A stretch of DNA of 49,907 bases from positions 241,141 through 291,047 of the forward strand of contig CAVYBO010000002.1 in NCBI GenBank assembly GCA_963766885.1, read 5' to 3'. The position numbers and the translations under genes were made by a program. The notes under the pieces are model-generated. The model did no database searches. It had not been told where the DNA came from and worked only from the letters and a program-made list of their open reading frames with translations. This stretch comes from an uncultured bacterium. Lineage in GTDB: Bacteria; Patescibacteriota; Minisyncoccia; Phycocordibacterales; CAIRYW01. Shown here one piece after another: positions 20,368 to 29,964 of the stretch (position 1 is its first letter; the number at the start of each line of letters is the position of its first letter).

Positions 20368-20718
20368 TTACAAATTATGCTTCTTGGCGATGATTGTCCA
20401 GTGTTTTTTGATATCTTTGGACAAAGCCTCTATTTCTTTTGTGCTTAGCTTCATTTTCTTGTGATATTTTTTCATCACTCCGTCAACAATCTTCATGTAC
20501 TTTTCTTTATCTATATGCTTCAGGTTCTCAATCTGTTCAAGCACTTCGCCTTTGGCCTTAAGCGCAAAGCCTTTGATCTGTTTCTTGGCGTGCTTTCCTT
20601 CATCTGTTCCATAAATAAACAGCGCTCCGGCAACTGCCGCCACAGCAGCGGCAGCGATACCGGCTTTTAGTGCTCCGTGACCATTTTCTACTTTTTTGTG
20701 ATTATGATTGTTATTCAT
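20368..20718 (-). CDS. YtxH-like membrane-associated stress protein
   Basis: Ala-rich TM helix AGIAAAAVAAVAGALFIY followed by a K/E-rich helical region. Confidence 0.45.
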   Translation of the reverse strand: MNNNHNHKKVENGHGALKAGIAAAAVAAVAGALFIYGTDEGKHAKKQIKGFALKAKGEVLEQIENLKHIDKEKYMKIVDGVMKKYHKKMKLSTKEIEALSKDIKKHWTIIAKKHNL

Positions 20719-20998
20719 CTTGGTTCCTTTTTTTATTTTTATATCTTCTAATAATTCTTTCCGGAATCAAGGAGAGTAGAGCCGACATTTTGCCCGCCTT
20801 TGATTTTATTTCCCGCCTCATCACTCGCGCATCATCAATAATTTCACTTCCCTCTTCTTTGATTTTTTTGGAAAGGGCGGTGACGTTCTTCATGATAATT
20901 ATCAAGTACATTAAAATCACAGCAAAAAGAATTGTCAGAAAAACTACCGCAATGGAAGTGATGACAAAAAATATATCTGATTTAAGCAATGAGTCCAT
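20711..20998 (-). CDS. Small membrane protein (DUF948-like)
   Basis: N-terminal TM helix followed by a coiled, charged region. Overlaps the downstream YtxH-like gene by 8 nt. Confidence 0.4.
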   Translation of the reverse strand: MDSLLKSDIFFVITSIAVVFLTILFAVILMYLIIIMKNVTALSKKIKEEGSEIIDDARVMRREIKSKAGKMSALLSLIPERIIRRYKNKKRNQDE

Positions 20999-21029
20999 GA
21001 GATTATTATATATCAGATTTCAATTTTAA

Positions 21030-21416
21030 TTAACTTATGGGAGAAACTTCCAAATTTTCCGGAGAAACGGCGTATCCAATCACTACCAGGATAACTCCTA
21101 ATACAAGATCAAGAAAATTATCTGCGCTGTTAAGAGTTGTCAGGCCAAACAACACTCCCCCAGTAGGCACAAAAATAAAACCCAGTATAGTAAGAATCAG
21201 AGAAATAATGCCGACAACCTTTAAGGAAGTTGCGGATGCATCTGGCTTAAGCAGACCAACCGCTAGGAGAATTAAGCCGACGATAATAGTGAACAAATTT
21301 CCTGGCAAGTCAGAGACAAAGAAAGAGTTCAATCCAATAATCGGGTTCGGCACGAACCCCAAAATTCCTACGACTACAAATACGATTCCCGATATTATTG
21401 CCCATTTTTTAGCCAT
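21030..21416 (-). CDS. DUF4383-like integral membrane protein
   Basis: Four hydrophobic helices with N-terminal AIISGIVFVVVGILGFVPNPI. Confidence 0.5.
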   Translation of the reverse strand: MAKKWAIISGIVFVVVGILGFVPNPIIGLNSFFVSDLPGNLFTIIVGLILLAVGLLKPDASATSLKVVGIISLILTILGFIFVPTGGVLFGLTTLNSADNFLDLVLGVILVVIGYAVSPENLEVSPIS

Positions 21417-21480
21417 ATTTTTATATTTTATCTAATAATAAGAAACGTTTATGACATTATATCATTACGAATAAAATGCA

Positions 21481-22455
21481 TCAGGAGATCTCTTTTTTGA
21501 ACCCCTCAACCATTTTTACCTCATTTGGTTCAGCGCCGTTCGCAAGTGCAGTATAAAAGGCCGCCCAATCAGCAATCAAAAGTGCTGAAAATACTTTTTG
21601 AAGATCGCTTTGCCCTTCCAAAGCCAATTCCAAACATTCAAGACCTTTGTCTTGATAAATTTTCTTTGCAACTTGCATTCTTCTTGCAATTTTTGGATTA
21701 TCCTTGCTGTCAAAAATAAAAATCGGTACAAATTTGCTGGCAAAAGCTTTTGTCTTGTTGTTTAGATCAAATCCAGTTAGTTCGTTGTGATTCATTTCAG
21801 GGAAAACATTATAAAATGCTGGAATTTTTCCCGTTTCGTTGAATTTTATTTTCCAGTTGTAGGCAATAGAAAGATTTTTGGTTGATGTATAAATTATCGG
21901 CGTTTTTCCAGAAATCTTTTCTGTAAGTTCTTTGCCTTTTTGTTCAAAATTTTCTGGATTTAATTTTCCCTTGATATTTTCAATTTCTTTAATAATTTTT
22001 TTATCATCAAGCAAGTAAGCCAAAGCTACAAAAGAAAATCCGAGTGCGGATCGCGGCTGGATTCCAGTGTTTGGCATTTCAATAAACGGCAAGTTTTTTT
22101 CTCTGGCGATTTCCAAAAGCTTTCCTCCCGTTGTCAGCACCACAACATTCAAATTTTTCTGAAGCGTTTCCTCAAGGGCACTTATTGTTTCTTCAGTATT
22201 TCCAGAATATGAGCTGGCGATTATCAAAGAATCTTGAAAAAACTCAAAGCTTCTTTTTGGCAAACCGTAGTCGCTATGGGTATAAAGTTCAAACTCCGAA
22301 TCAACTGTATTAAAAATTCCTGCCGCTAAATGCGATCCACCCATTCCGCACAACACTACCCTTCTGAAGGGTTTTAAATTTCCTTTGTTTTTGATTTCTG
22401 GAACATAATCAAACTGCTTTCCAAAATCTCTTATCGCTTTTTCCATCTCGTTCAT
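21481..22455 (-). CDS. Bifunctional phosphoglucose/phosphomannose isomerase (SIS domain, archaeal-type PGI/PMI)
   Basis: SIS motifs VLCGMGGSHLAAG and SYSGNTEETI. 324 aa. Confidence 0.75.
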   Translation of the reverse strand: MNEMEKAIRDFGKQFDYVPEIKNKGNLKPFRRVVLCGMGGSHLAAGIFNTVDSEFELYTHSDYGLPKRSFEFFQDSLIIASSYSGNTEETISALEETLQKNLNVVVLTTGGKLLEIAREKNLPFIEMPNTGIQPRSALGFSFVALAYLLDDKKIIKEIENIKGKLNPENFEQKGKELTEKISGKTPIIYTSTKNLSIAYNWKIKFNETGKIPAFYNVFPEMNHNELTGFDLNNKTKAFASKFVPIFIFDSKDNPKIARRMQVAKKIYQDKGLECLELALEGQSDLQKVFSALLIADWAAFYTALANGAEPNEVKMVEGFKKEIS

Positions 22456-22466
22456 AAAATAAATTA

Positions 22467-23096
22467 TTAGCTTAATAATAAGGCTCTTACGGGTGCCGCT
22501 TCAACTCCCAAAATCTTGAGCGGCGCGCAAATCAAAAAATATTCTCCCTCGGAAACACCTTTGAGATTTATAGATTCAATAATCGGAATATTCTTAGAGA
22601 GCAGCGCCGTATGCGGTCGATTGTCTTTGCTACCTCTTTGCTTGATAGACATTGCATCAATTCCAAAACAACTTATCTCTAAATCTGCCAAATATTCCGC
22701 AGCATCGCCATCTAAGTATACGTAATCCGGATAAAATTGCTCCAATCCTCTTGCTGAATTTTTGGTCTTAACCAAAATTCTCTCACCTGCTTTTACATTT
22801 TTGTTTTTTAAATCATCTGTTTTGATTGAGTCAGAAATATCAGAAAAATCCAAAACTCTGCAGATACCGACGGTTTTGGAAAGTGGAATTTCTTGCATAA
22901 GCGCGCCGTCCTCAAGGCAATGTGCCGGCGCGTCCATATGCGTTCCAGAGTGCATTCCAAGTGTTATTCTTGAAAGCATCTTGCCATCTTTTACCACGTT
23001 ATTAACCTTCTCAATTTCTACCCCAGGGTCACCCGGATAAACCGCTCTCCCCGCAAAAAGCGGTATTGATATGTCCGTGATCTTTTTGTAATCCAT
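22467..23096 (-). CDS. Cyclase-family protein (arylformamidase / kynurenine formamidase-like)
   Basis: Signature HSGTHMDAPAH. 209 aa. Confidence 0.75.
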   Translation of the reverse strand: MDYKKITDISIPLFAGRAVYPGDPGVEIEKVNNVVKDGKMLSRITLGMHSGTHMDAPAHCLEDGALMQEIPLSKTVGICRVLDFSDISDSIKTDDLKNKNVKAGERILVKTKNSARGLEQFYPDYVYLDGDAAEYLADLEISCFGIDAMSIKQRGSKDNRPHTALLSKNIPIIESINLKGVSEGEYFLICAPLKILGVEAAPVRALLLS

Positions 23097-23129
23097 ATTT
23101 TAATTTTAACACAATGTAACAATTTTCTT

Positions 23130-23157
23130 TTGACAAAAGTTACATTAAAAGTAGACT
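23130..23157 (+). promoter_or_regulatory. Sigma70-like promoter giving a near-leaderless transcript for ORF 23165; embedded in an 8-bp inverted repeat
   Basis: TTGACA (23130-23135), 16-nt spacer, TAGACT (23152-23157), with the ATG at 23165. The inverted repeat aatgtaac (23113-23120) / gttacatt (23139-23146) brackets the -35 box. Confidence 0.45.
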
Positions 23158-23164
23158 GTTATTT

Positions 23165-23626
23165 ATGTTGAACCTTGAACTGCCAATTGGCCTACCGATT
23201 CTCACGAAATCTGACTTCATGCATACGCAACAAGAAGGACAGCTCATCGTTGTCGAACACGCCCTTCATCCCCCTCGTCTCTTTGTTGACTTTGAGACCT
23301 TTGGTCCGAGTGACTTTCCGTCACTTCTGGATCTGCGGGAACATTTACTCGGAGAGAAGAAGGAATTGGTTAACTACGGCCTAATTCGGGCCAGAGAAAC
23401 CTATTCCTCAACCCTTCACGAGAAGTGTGGAGCAGATGAGATCGTGACTCTGGGAACAATCATCCGGAACACCCACAACGGAGATCTGTTCTTTGGATAC
23501 CTCGGCTGGATCGACGAGAATCATCGGCCCGAAGGAGGTATGGAATCGATTCGTCGCTTTTACAGCGACTTGATCAACGCAAGATCAATGCCTGCCAGAC
23601 GTTTTTCTGTGGCGATCACTCTGTAA
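23165..23626 (+). CDS. Hypothetical protein, compositionally atypical (about 49% GC in the first 120 nt)
   Basis: 153-aa ORF with its own promoter and terminator. No recognisable motif. Confidence 0.5.
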   Translation: MLNLELPIGLPILTKSDFMHTQQEGQLIVVEHALHPPRLFVDFETFGPSDFPSLLDLREHLLGEKKELVNYGLIRARETYSSTLHEKCGADEIVTLGTIIRNTHNGDLFFGYLGWIDENHRPEGGMESIRRFYSDLINARSMPARRFSVAITL

Positions 23627-23631
23627 CAACC

Positions 23632-23658
23632 TGCCAGGAACTTTCCTGGCAATTTTTA
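23632..23658. terminator. Bidirectional intrinsic terminator between convergent genes
   Basis: Stem tgccagga/tcctggca with loop actt, followed by a T-run. Confidence 0.65.
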
Positions 23659-24564
23659 TTTCTCCTTCACTTCATGACCGCCAAACATTGTGCGCATTGT
23701 GGAAAGAATTTTTCCAGCAAAGCTTGGGTTACCTTTTGAAAGTTTGCGGAATTCCAATGAGTCTTCAATAACTTTTACAGATACACCAAGTTCTTTGGCA
23801 GTATTTACAGTCCACTCGCCTTCGCCGCTATGTGCAACCTCTCCGGAAATTCCGTCTAAATTTTCTCCAAATTTTTCAAAACCTTCTTCAAGCCAGCCAA
23901 CCAGTCTTGATTCAAGAACACTTCTATTTTGATACAAACTTGCAACTTTTTTTAGATTCAAATCAAAGTCTGAAACTTTCACCACCTCAAAACCTTCGGC
24001 AATCGCCTGCATCATTCCGTATTCAATGCCGTTGTGAACCATTTTCACAAAATGCCCTGCGCCATGCTTTCCAAAATATTCAAACGCCCAAGAATTCTCG
24101 CTGCGCGCTGCGGCTTTTTGGAAAATTTCCTTGCACTTTTCAAAAATCCGCTTTTCTCCGCCAACCATTATGCACGCCCCGTTTCGAGCGCCAGCAGGCC
24201 CTCCTGAAACACCGGCATCCAAAAATTCTATTCCCTTACTCTCAGCATCTTTGGCTCTCTGAATTGTATCCTTAAAATATGAATTTCCGCCTTCGATTAT
24301 TATGTCTCCTTTATTTAAATTTTTATAAAGTTCATCCAAAACTTCATCAACCCCTTGATGGCTGACCATAATCCAGACAATTTTTTTCTCTGGCAGCGCT
24401 TCAGACATTTCCTGAATTGAATTAAACACTTCAAGCCCGGCTTCTCTGGCTTTTTGCCTTCCATCAATGCTTCTGTTAAATCCCGCGATTTCAATTCCTT
24501 GCTCCTTAAGCCTGAGCGCCTGATTTAATCCCATTTTTCCAAATCCTATGTACCCAATTTTCAT
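23656..24564 (-). CDS. gnd: 6-phosphogluconate dehydrogenase, short (about 300 aa) form
   Basis: Rossmann N-terminus MKIGYIGFGKMGLNQALRL, plus GGNSYFKDT and HFVKMVHNGIEYG. Confidence 0.85.
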   Translation of the reverse strand: MKIGYIGFGKMGLNQALRLKEQGIEIAGFNRSIDGRQKAREAGLEVFNSIQEMSEALPEKKIVWIMVSHQGVDEVLDELYKNLNKGDIIIEGGNSYFKDTIQRAKDAESKGIEFLDAGVSGGPAGARNGACIMVGGEKRIFEKCKEIFQKAAARSENSWAFEYFGKHGAGHFVKMVHNGIEYGMMQAIAEGFEVVKVSDFDLNLKKVASLYQNRSVLESRLVGWLEEGFEKFGENLDGISGEVAHSGEGEWTVNTAKELGVSVKVIEDSLEFRKLSKGNPSFAGKILSTMRTMFGGHEVKEK

Positions 24565-24585
24565 ATTTTTTATTTTAATTATTTG

Positions 24586-25965
24586 CTATTGAGAAATTTC
24601 TGAAGGATTAATACCTTTTTCATAAATTTGAAGATGTTCTTTTTTCATATGCCCTTCAATTGAATCCACAATTCTCCAGGCTTCCTTGGTTTCACCTGTT
24701 GATACAAAAAGAGTTTGATCTCCCTTAAGGCCGTCTGATAGTAATTTTTCATAGGGATAAATAAAAGGTGAGATTCCGCCTTCTTTGTAAGAGAAAGTCA
24801 AAAACTGCTTTTCCAAAGCCAAGGATTCAAAACCCGGCTTCTTGGCAAAAAACTCTATCTCAATTTTCTCTGAAGGTTGGATCTGGAAAATAAGCTTGTT
24901 TGGAGCGCCAATAAAAAGTTCGTCTCCGGATTTTTCAGCATAGGTGATTTCAATGAACGCATCTGTTTTCGAAAATGCTTTACCGTGTTCAATTTCAAAA
25001 CTCACCCCTCTCCATCTTTCGTTTTCAATTGTAAGTTCTGCCTTGAAATAAGTTTCTGTTTCTGAATTTTCTCCAACACCACCCTCCGCTTTGTATCCTT
25101 TGTACTGTCCTCTGACTACGTGCCCTTTGGATTTAACCGATGCTAGGATTTTTTCTCTTTCCTTGCGTATGGCGTTGCCAGAAAGACTTGCTGGCATATC
25201 CATGGCAACCAAAGAAAGCAGAGATAGCAAATGGTTTTGGCCCACGTCTTTGAGCGCGCCAATCTTGTCATAAAAAGCTCCGCGCTCTGTTACTCTGTGT
25301 TCTTCAAAAATTTTGATAGCAACAGATTTGATGTGCTTTTTACTCCAAAGAGCCTCAAACAAAGAATTAGCAAACCTAAAAAACAAAATATTCTGCATTG
25401 TCTCCTTAGCCAAGTAGTGATCAACCCTGAATATCTGGTCCTCAGAAAATAATTTTCCCAAAAGGTTGTCCAGAGATTCAGCTTTTTCTGCATTCTCTCC
25501 AAAAGGCTTCTCGACAAAAATTTTTATCCACCCATCATCTTTGCCAAACTGCGGCGCGCAGGGCACTGTCAGTCCCGAACGAGCAATCATCCTAAAGAGC
25601 TCTTCATAAAGCTCTGGAAACACGGCCAGATAAAAAAGTTTATTCGAACACTTGTTTATTTTCTCATCACGGGCAACGAATATTTTGCCGATTTCATTAA
25701 AAGTTTCCTGGTCTTTGATATCACCAGAAAGATAAAATATTTTAGAGAAAAATTTTTCTTCTCTTTCTGTAAGGGAATCCTTATTTAAAATTTCTTTTAT
25801 TTTTTGTCTGAATTCTTGATCGGACAACGGCTTTCGGGAAATTCCTATGATTTCCGTGTCTTCGGGCAGAATTTTTCTATCGTAAATATCAAAAAAAACC
25901 TTGGCTAGTTTTTTCCTAAACAAGTCTCCTGTGGCTCCAAAAATCACTACTGTAAGCGGATTCAT
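24586..25965 (-). CDS. zwf: Glucose-6-phosphate 1-dehydrogenase
   Basis: VIFGATGDLFRKKL and the active-site block RVDHYLAKE. Confidence 0.9.
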   Translation of the reverse strand: MNPLTVVIFGATGDLFRKKLAKVFFDIYDRKILPEDTEIIGISRKPLSDQEFRQKIKEILNKDSLTEREEKFFSKIFYLSGDIKDQETFNEIGKIFVARDEKINKCSNKLFYLAVFPELYEELFRMIARSGLTVPCAPQFGKDDGWIKIFVEKPFGENAEKAESLDNLLGKLFSEDQIFRVDHYLAKETMQNILFFRFANSLFEALWSKKHIKSVAIKIFEEHRVTERGAFYDKIGALKDVGQNHLLSLLSLVAMDMPASLSGNAIRKEREKILASVKSKGHVVRGQYKGYKAEGGVGENSETETYFKAELTIENERWRGVSFEIEHGKAFSKTDAFIEITYAEKSGDELFIGAPNKLIFQIQPSEKIEIEFFAKKPGFESLALEKQFLTFSYKEGGISPFIYPYEKLLSDGLKGDQTLFVSTGETKEAWRIVDSIEGHMKKEHLQIYEKGINPSEISQ

Positions 25966-26006
25966 ACAAGAATTATACGGGATTTACAGAAAAAAGGTTA
26001 CTCGTG

Positions 26007-27521
26007 CTAAGGAGTCTTTTTATTCACTGCTATCTTGGCATCTATGGCTTTCCTAAAAAGTTCCTCGTATTTTTTGGCAGAATGTTCCCAAGAAAAATCT
26101 TTTTTCATTCCGTTAATTTGAAGCTTTTTCCAAATATTTTTGTTTTGAAAGTCTTCGTATGCCCTAACCACAGCAATGGTCATTGCAAAGGAGTCAAATT
26201 TTTCAAACAAGAACCCATTGCTCTTTTCGTTCTCTGGAGAATAATCATAAACGGTATCCGAAAGGCCGCCGGTTTTTCTGGCAATAGGCACTGCCCCAAA
26301 ATGCATTGCTTCCATTTGCGTAAGGCCGGAGGGCTCAAACTTCGAAGGAACCAAAACAGCATCCGCTCCGGAAAAAATAGTATGCGGCAAGATTGGGTCA
26401 AATTTCAAATGGACTGAAACCTGTTTTGGAAATTCTTTCTGAAGCTCTTGAAGAAAAATCATATACTCGCGGCTTCCCTCACCCACAACAATAAGCTGCA
26501 TATTCAGCTCACGAAGAAGCGAAGCCATCGACTCCTGAAGCAAACTAAATCCCTTTTGCGAGCTGAGGCGCGCCGCTATTCCTATAACAAACGCCTCTTT
26601 ATTAATCGGCAGACCAAAGCGATCCTGAAGAAAAGCCTTGTTTTTTACTCTATTCTCCTGATTATCCAAAGAATAGTGATTTTCTACAAGATTGCTTCCT
26701 TCCGAATCCCACAATTCATAATCAATTCCGTTTAAAATTCCGGAAACAACGGCCCGGCGCTCTTTGAGCAGGTCCTGAAGTCCTTCTCCGTATTCTTCAG
26801 TCATGATTTCTCTGGCATAGCTTGGAGAAACAGTGTTTATATAATCTGAATAAATTATTCCTCTTCTCATGCCGTTAAGCTTTAGGAGACGCGGGTCTTC
26901 AAAAGCCGGTACTGCTGAATGGCCATCGTCAAAATCGAGCTCTTGGGTAAAGCGATGGTCAAAATTTCCTTGATAAGAAAGATTATGGATGGAAAAAACC
27001 GTGGCAGTTCTTGAAAACTTGAGCTGATTTTTATATACGGTTTTTAAATAGTTTGGCAAAAAGCCCATCTGCCAATCCGAACATACGATGACATCGGGAA
27101 TCCAATCTGAGAATCTCAAAAACTCAAGCGTACCGCGGCACAGAAGCGCCCACCTGACGCTGTCGTCAGCATAGCCGTATATATTTGCGCGCTTTTCATA
27201 ATATTCCTGATTTTCCAAAAAATAAGTAATGGGAATTTCCTCGTTTTCTTTGTCTTCGTATTTTTTGACATTGCAAATCAAAAACGCCGCTCCGCTAGCA
27301 TTATCGGTTGGAACCTCAAGCGAAGAATGTTCAAGAGTTAACTGGTATCCCTTGTCTTCAATGCCGAGATATTTAGGAATCATCACGCGAGCATCATGGC
27401 CGATTTTATTTAGAGCCTTGGGCAATGCTTGCATCACAGGACCTAAACCCCCAACCCCGGCAAAAGGCTTGAGTTCGGTTGTCACAAATAGTATTTTGAG
27501 GCTAGATTTCTTATTAAACAT
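26007..27521 (-). CDS. glgA: Glycogen/starch synthase (GT5-type GlgA)
   Basis: N-terminal KPFAGVGGLGPV motif (KxGGL-like) and a C-terminal GT1 domain containing PSKFEPSGLTQMEAM. Confidence 0.85.
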   Translation of the reverse strand: MFNKKSSLKILFVTTELKPFAGVGGLGPVMQALPKALNKIGHDARVMIPKYLGIEDKGYQLTLEHSSLEVPTDNASGAAFLICNVKKYEDKENEEIPITYFLENQEYYEKRANIYGYADDSVRWALLCRGTLEFLRFSDWIPDVIVCSDWQMGFLPNYLKTVYKNQLKFSRTATVFSIHNLSYQGNFDHRFTQELDFDDGHSAVPAFEDPRLLKLNGMRRGIIYSDYINTVSPSYAREIMTEEYGEGLQDLLKERRAVVSGILNGIDYELWDSEGSNLVENHYSLDNQENRVKNKAFLQDRFGLPINKEAFVIGIAARLSSQKGFSLLQESMASLLRELNMQLIVVGEGSREYMIFLQELQKEFPKQVSVHLKFDPILPHTIFSGADAVLVPSKFEPSGLTQMEAMHFGAVPIARKTGGLSDTVYDYSPENEKSNGFLFEKFDSFAMTIAVVRAYEDFQNKNIWKKLQINGMKKDFSWEHSAKKYEELFRKAIDAKIAVNKKTP

Positions 27522-27536
27522 CGCTATATTATACTC

Positions 27537-29210
27537 TTATTTATCCTTTTTCGTATCAGGAAAATAAAGTTTTGAAACATAATCATCAAGCATTCGTTTG
27601 GCTGAAAAGTTTTTTTCAACTTCGGTAATGGCAGTTCTCATTTTTTCAATCCAGCCCAGAGGCAAACCTTTTGGCCGATCAAAGTAAAGCGGGATAATTT
27701 CTTCTTCCAAAACTCTGTAAATTTCAGACTCTATATATTCTTCAAATAAAACCCAACCGATATTTCGGTGCTTTGCCTCATATACCCAGCCGCCATTGGT
27801 TGTCAGATTGAGCACGCCGTTGATTGCCGCTTTCATGCCGCTTGTACCGCAAGCTTCGCGCTCCGGTACCGGAGTGTTAAGCCAAATATCTGCACCTTTT
27901 GAAAGAACAGCCGCCAAAGACATTGAGTAGTGGGGCAAATATATGACTTTTTCTCTGAATGACTGGTTTTGAAAAAAAATATTCAAAGAAGAAAGCAAGG
28001 AAACCGCATTTTGGTCTGAAACATTGGCGTCTCCGGAAATAATAATCTGAACAGGCATTGTGGAATTTGAAAGAATCTTAAAAAGCCTTTCTGGATCATT
28101 GAAGACAAGCTCCGGTCTTTTGTAAGGTGTCAGCCTCTTTGCCCAAACAATTGTCAAAGCGTTTGGAAAAATTTCTTCTCCAGTCATTCTTTTTATCATC
28201 TCGGCGAGATCTTCTTTGTGCTTGATATGTTTTTTCCACAACACTTCCGGATTAAGCAGTGCTGCGTCCTTGAGTATGTCTGCCTGCCACCTGTCAGTAG
28301 ACACTCCGTTTGTGATTGGAATAAGGGCGCTGTGAGGATGAAGTTTTTTTTCTTCAGAGGCGTGCATCTTGCTTACCGCATTTGCCCTGACCGCATTTCT
28401 AACCAAAAATCTTGTAGTAGAAAAAATATTAGCGTCTGCCTCCATTGTGCCTTTGGAAAAAAAATCTTCAAATAACACCTTCATTTCCTTCAGATATGTT
28501 CCAAGAAAATTCGTGGCATCAGATTTACTCAAAAAAAGTCCCGCATCTGGAAGCGGTGTGTGCTTGGTGGCAACCACAAACTGCTTATAAGCATCAAGGG
28601 CATTACCGAATCCGCCGAGCCTTTCTGTATTTTCAGAAGCCAGAGCAACCAAGGCAAAAGCGGTATGGCCTTCGTTCAAATGATAAATTGAAGGGTGTAT
28701 ATCAAGCGCTTTGAGCAAACGAATGCCGCCGACTCCCAAAAGAATTTCTTCGGTTAATTTTTTCTCAAACTCTGGAGGATATAAGCTTGAGATCATGGAC
28801 TTTTTGTTTTCGTCATTGTCGTCAATAGCAAAGTCCAAAAGAAAAACCCTGGCAGTTCCCTTTTTAAACTGCCAAATTCTGGCAAAAAAATTTCCCTCCT
28901 TCATCGGCACAGAAATTTTTATTTCCTTTCCGGCTTCACCCTTGACCAAACTAAATCCAGCAAACAATGGATCTACAATTACGGTAAGCGGCGCGTTTGT
29001 TACTTTGAATCCCTCTGAATACAAGATTCCTATGGCAACAAAAGGTAGTCCTGATTCCGAAGCTTGTTCCAAAAAATCTCCTGCAAGCACTCCAAGCCCT
29101 CCGGCATAAATCGGCAGGTTGTCGGAAATGCCGTATTCAGTTGTAAAGTAAACAACAGGCCTTTCTTCCAGATTTTTGAATTCGTAAGTATCTGTTTCTA
29201 TCTTATACAT
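27537..29210 (-). CDS. glgP: Alpha-glucan phosphorylase (GT35, short form)
   Basis: GGLGVLAGD near the N-terminus and the PLP-lysine block EACGTSGMKAAINGV. Confidence 0.85.
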   Translation of the reverse strand: MYKIETDTYEFKNLEERPVVYFTTEYGISDNLPIYAGGLGVLAGDFLEQASESGLPFVAIGILYSEGFKVTNAPLTVIVDPLFAGFSLVKGEAGKEIKISVPMKEGNFFARIWQFKKGTARVFLLDFAIDDNDENKKSMISSLYPPEFEKKLTEEILLGVGGIRLLKALDIHPSIYHLNEGHTAFALVALASENTERLGGFGNALDAYKQFVVATKHTPLPDAGLFLSKSDATNFLGTYLKEMKVLFEDFFSKGTMEADANIFSTTRFLVRNAVRANAVSKMHASEEKKLHPHSALIPITNGVSTDRWQADILKDAALLNPEVLWKKHIKHKEDLAEMIKRMTGEEIFPNALTIVWAKRLTPYKRPELVFNDPERLFKILSNSTMPVQIIISGDANVSDQNAVSLLSSLNIFFQNQSFREKVIYLPHYSMSLAAVLSKGADIWLNTPVPEREACGTSGMKAAINGVLNLTTNGGWVYEAKHRNIGWVLFEEYIESEIYRVLEEEIIPLYFDRPKGLPLGWIEKMRTAITEVEKNFSAKRMLDDYVSKLYFPDTKKDK

Positions 29211-29212
29211 TT

Positions 29213-29962
29213 TTATTGCAAAATATTTCTTATCACCTCCTTTGTTTCTTCTGGCCCAGAAACTTTTATCCCGTCAACAACCTGAGCGGCAGCGTAGTCA
29301 TTTCCTCCTGGGAAAATAGCATCACCCAAAAAAAGTACCTCTTCTTTTTGAGCTTTGAAATATTCCATGACTTTTTTTATGGCGTATCCTTTGTCCACTC
29401 CTTTTGGAGTAATATCAATTGACGTAGTACCGCCGATTTTAACTTCATAGTCCGGTAATTTTTCCTGCAGTAATTTTCTTATAGGCTCTCGTTTAATTTT
29501 ATCTGGATCCCATGCTAATTTTTCTTCCAAAGGAGCATCTCCTGAAATCATTTTTAATGTCAGCTGGCCACTCTTGTCATCAATAGCGCCCTTTTTTTCT
29601 TCAAAACCCTTAAAAACATCCAGTTTTTTTAGAGTTTCAATTATAACTTCTCTTATCTTCTTTTTTTCCGCTTCAGAAAGCTTATCCTCATAAATTGATT
29701 TCCATGAATTTTCAAACATATAAAAAGATGTTCCGTTACCAGACAAAATTACAAGATTTTTGAGGTTTGCATCCTTTGATAAAGTATCCAAAATTTGGAG
29801 TTTAAAACTTTTAAATGCTGCGCCGGAAATCACAGCCACTTTATGCTCTTTTAGCAAATCAGAAAAAACTTTAGCCATCTCAAAATCCATAGGAGTTAAG
29901 CTCTCTGTAACAGTACCGTCCATGTCAAAAGCAACAATCTTTCTATCTTTATAATTCAGCAT
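29213..29962 (-). CDS. HAD-IIB hydrolase, phosphomannomutase-like
   Basis: DxDGT motif VAFDMDGTVT, plus SIDITPKGVDKGYA and a terminal GDAIFPGGNDY. Confidence 0.65.
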   Translation of the reverse strand: MLNYKDRKIVAFDMDGTVTESLTPMDFEMAKVFSDLLKEHKVAVISGAAFKSFKLQILDTLSKDANLKNLVILSGNGTSFYMFENSWKSIYEDKLSEAEKKKIREVIIETLKKLDVFKGFEEKKGAIDDKSGQLTLKMISGDAPLEEKLAWDPDKIKREPIRKLLQEKLPDYEVKIGGTTSIDITPKGVDKGYAIKKVMEYFKAQKEEVLFLGDAIFPGGNDYAAAQVVDGIKVSGPEETKEVIRNILQ

Positions 29963-29964
29963 AA

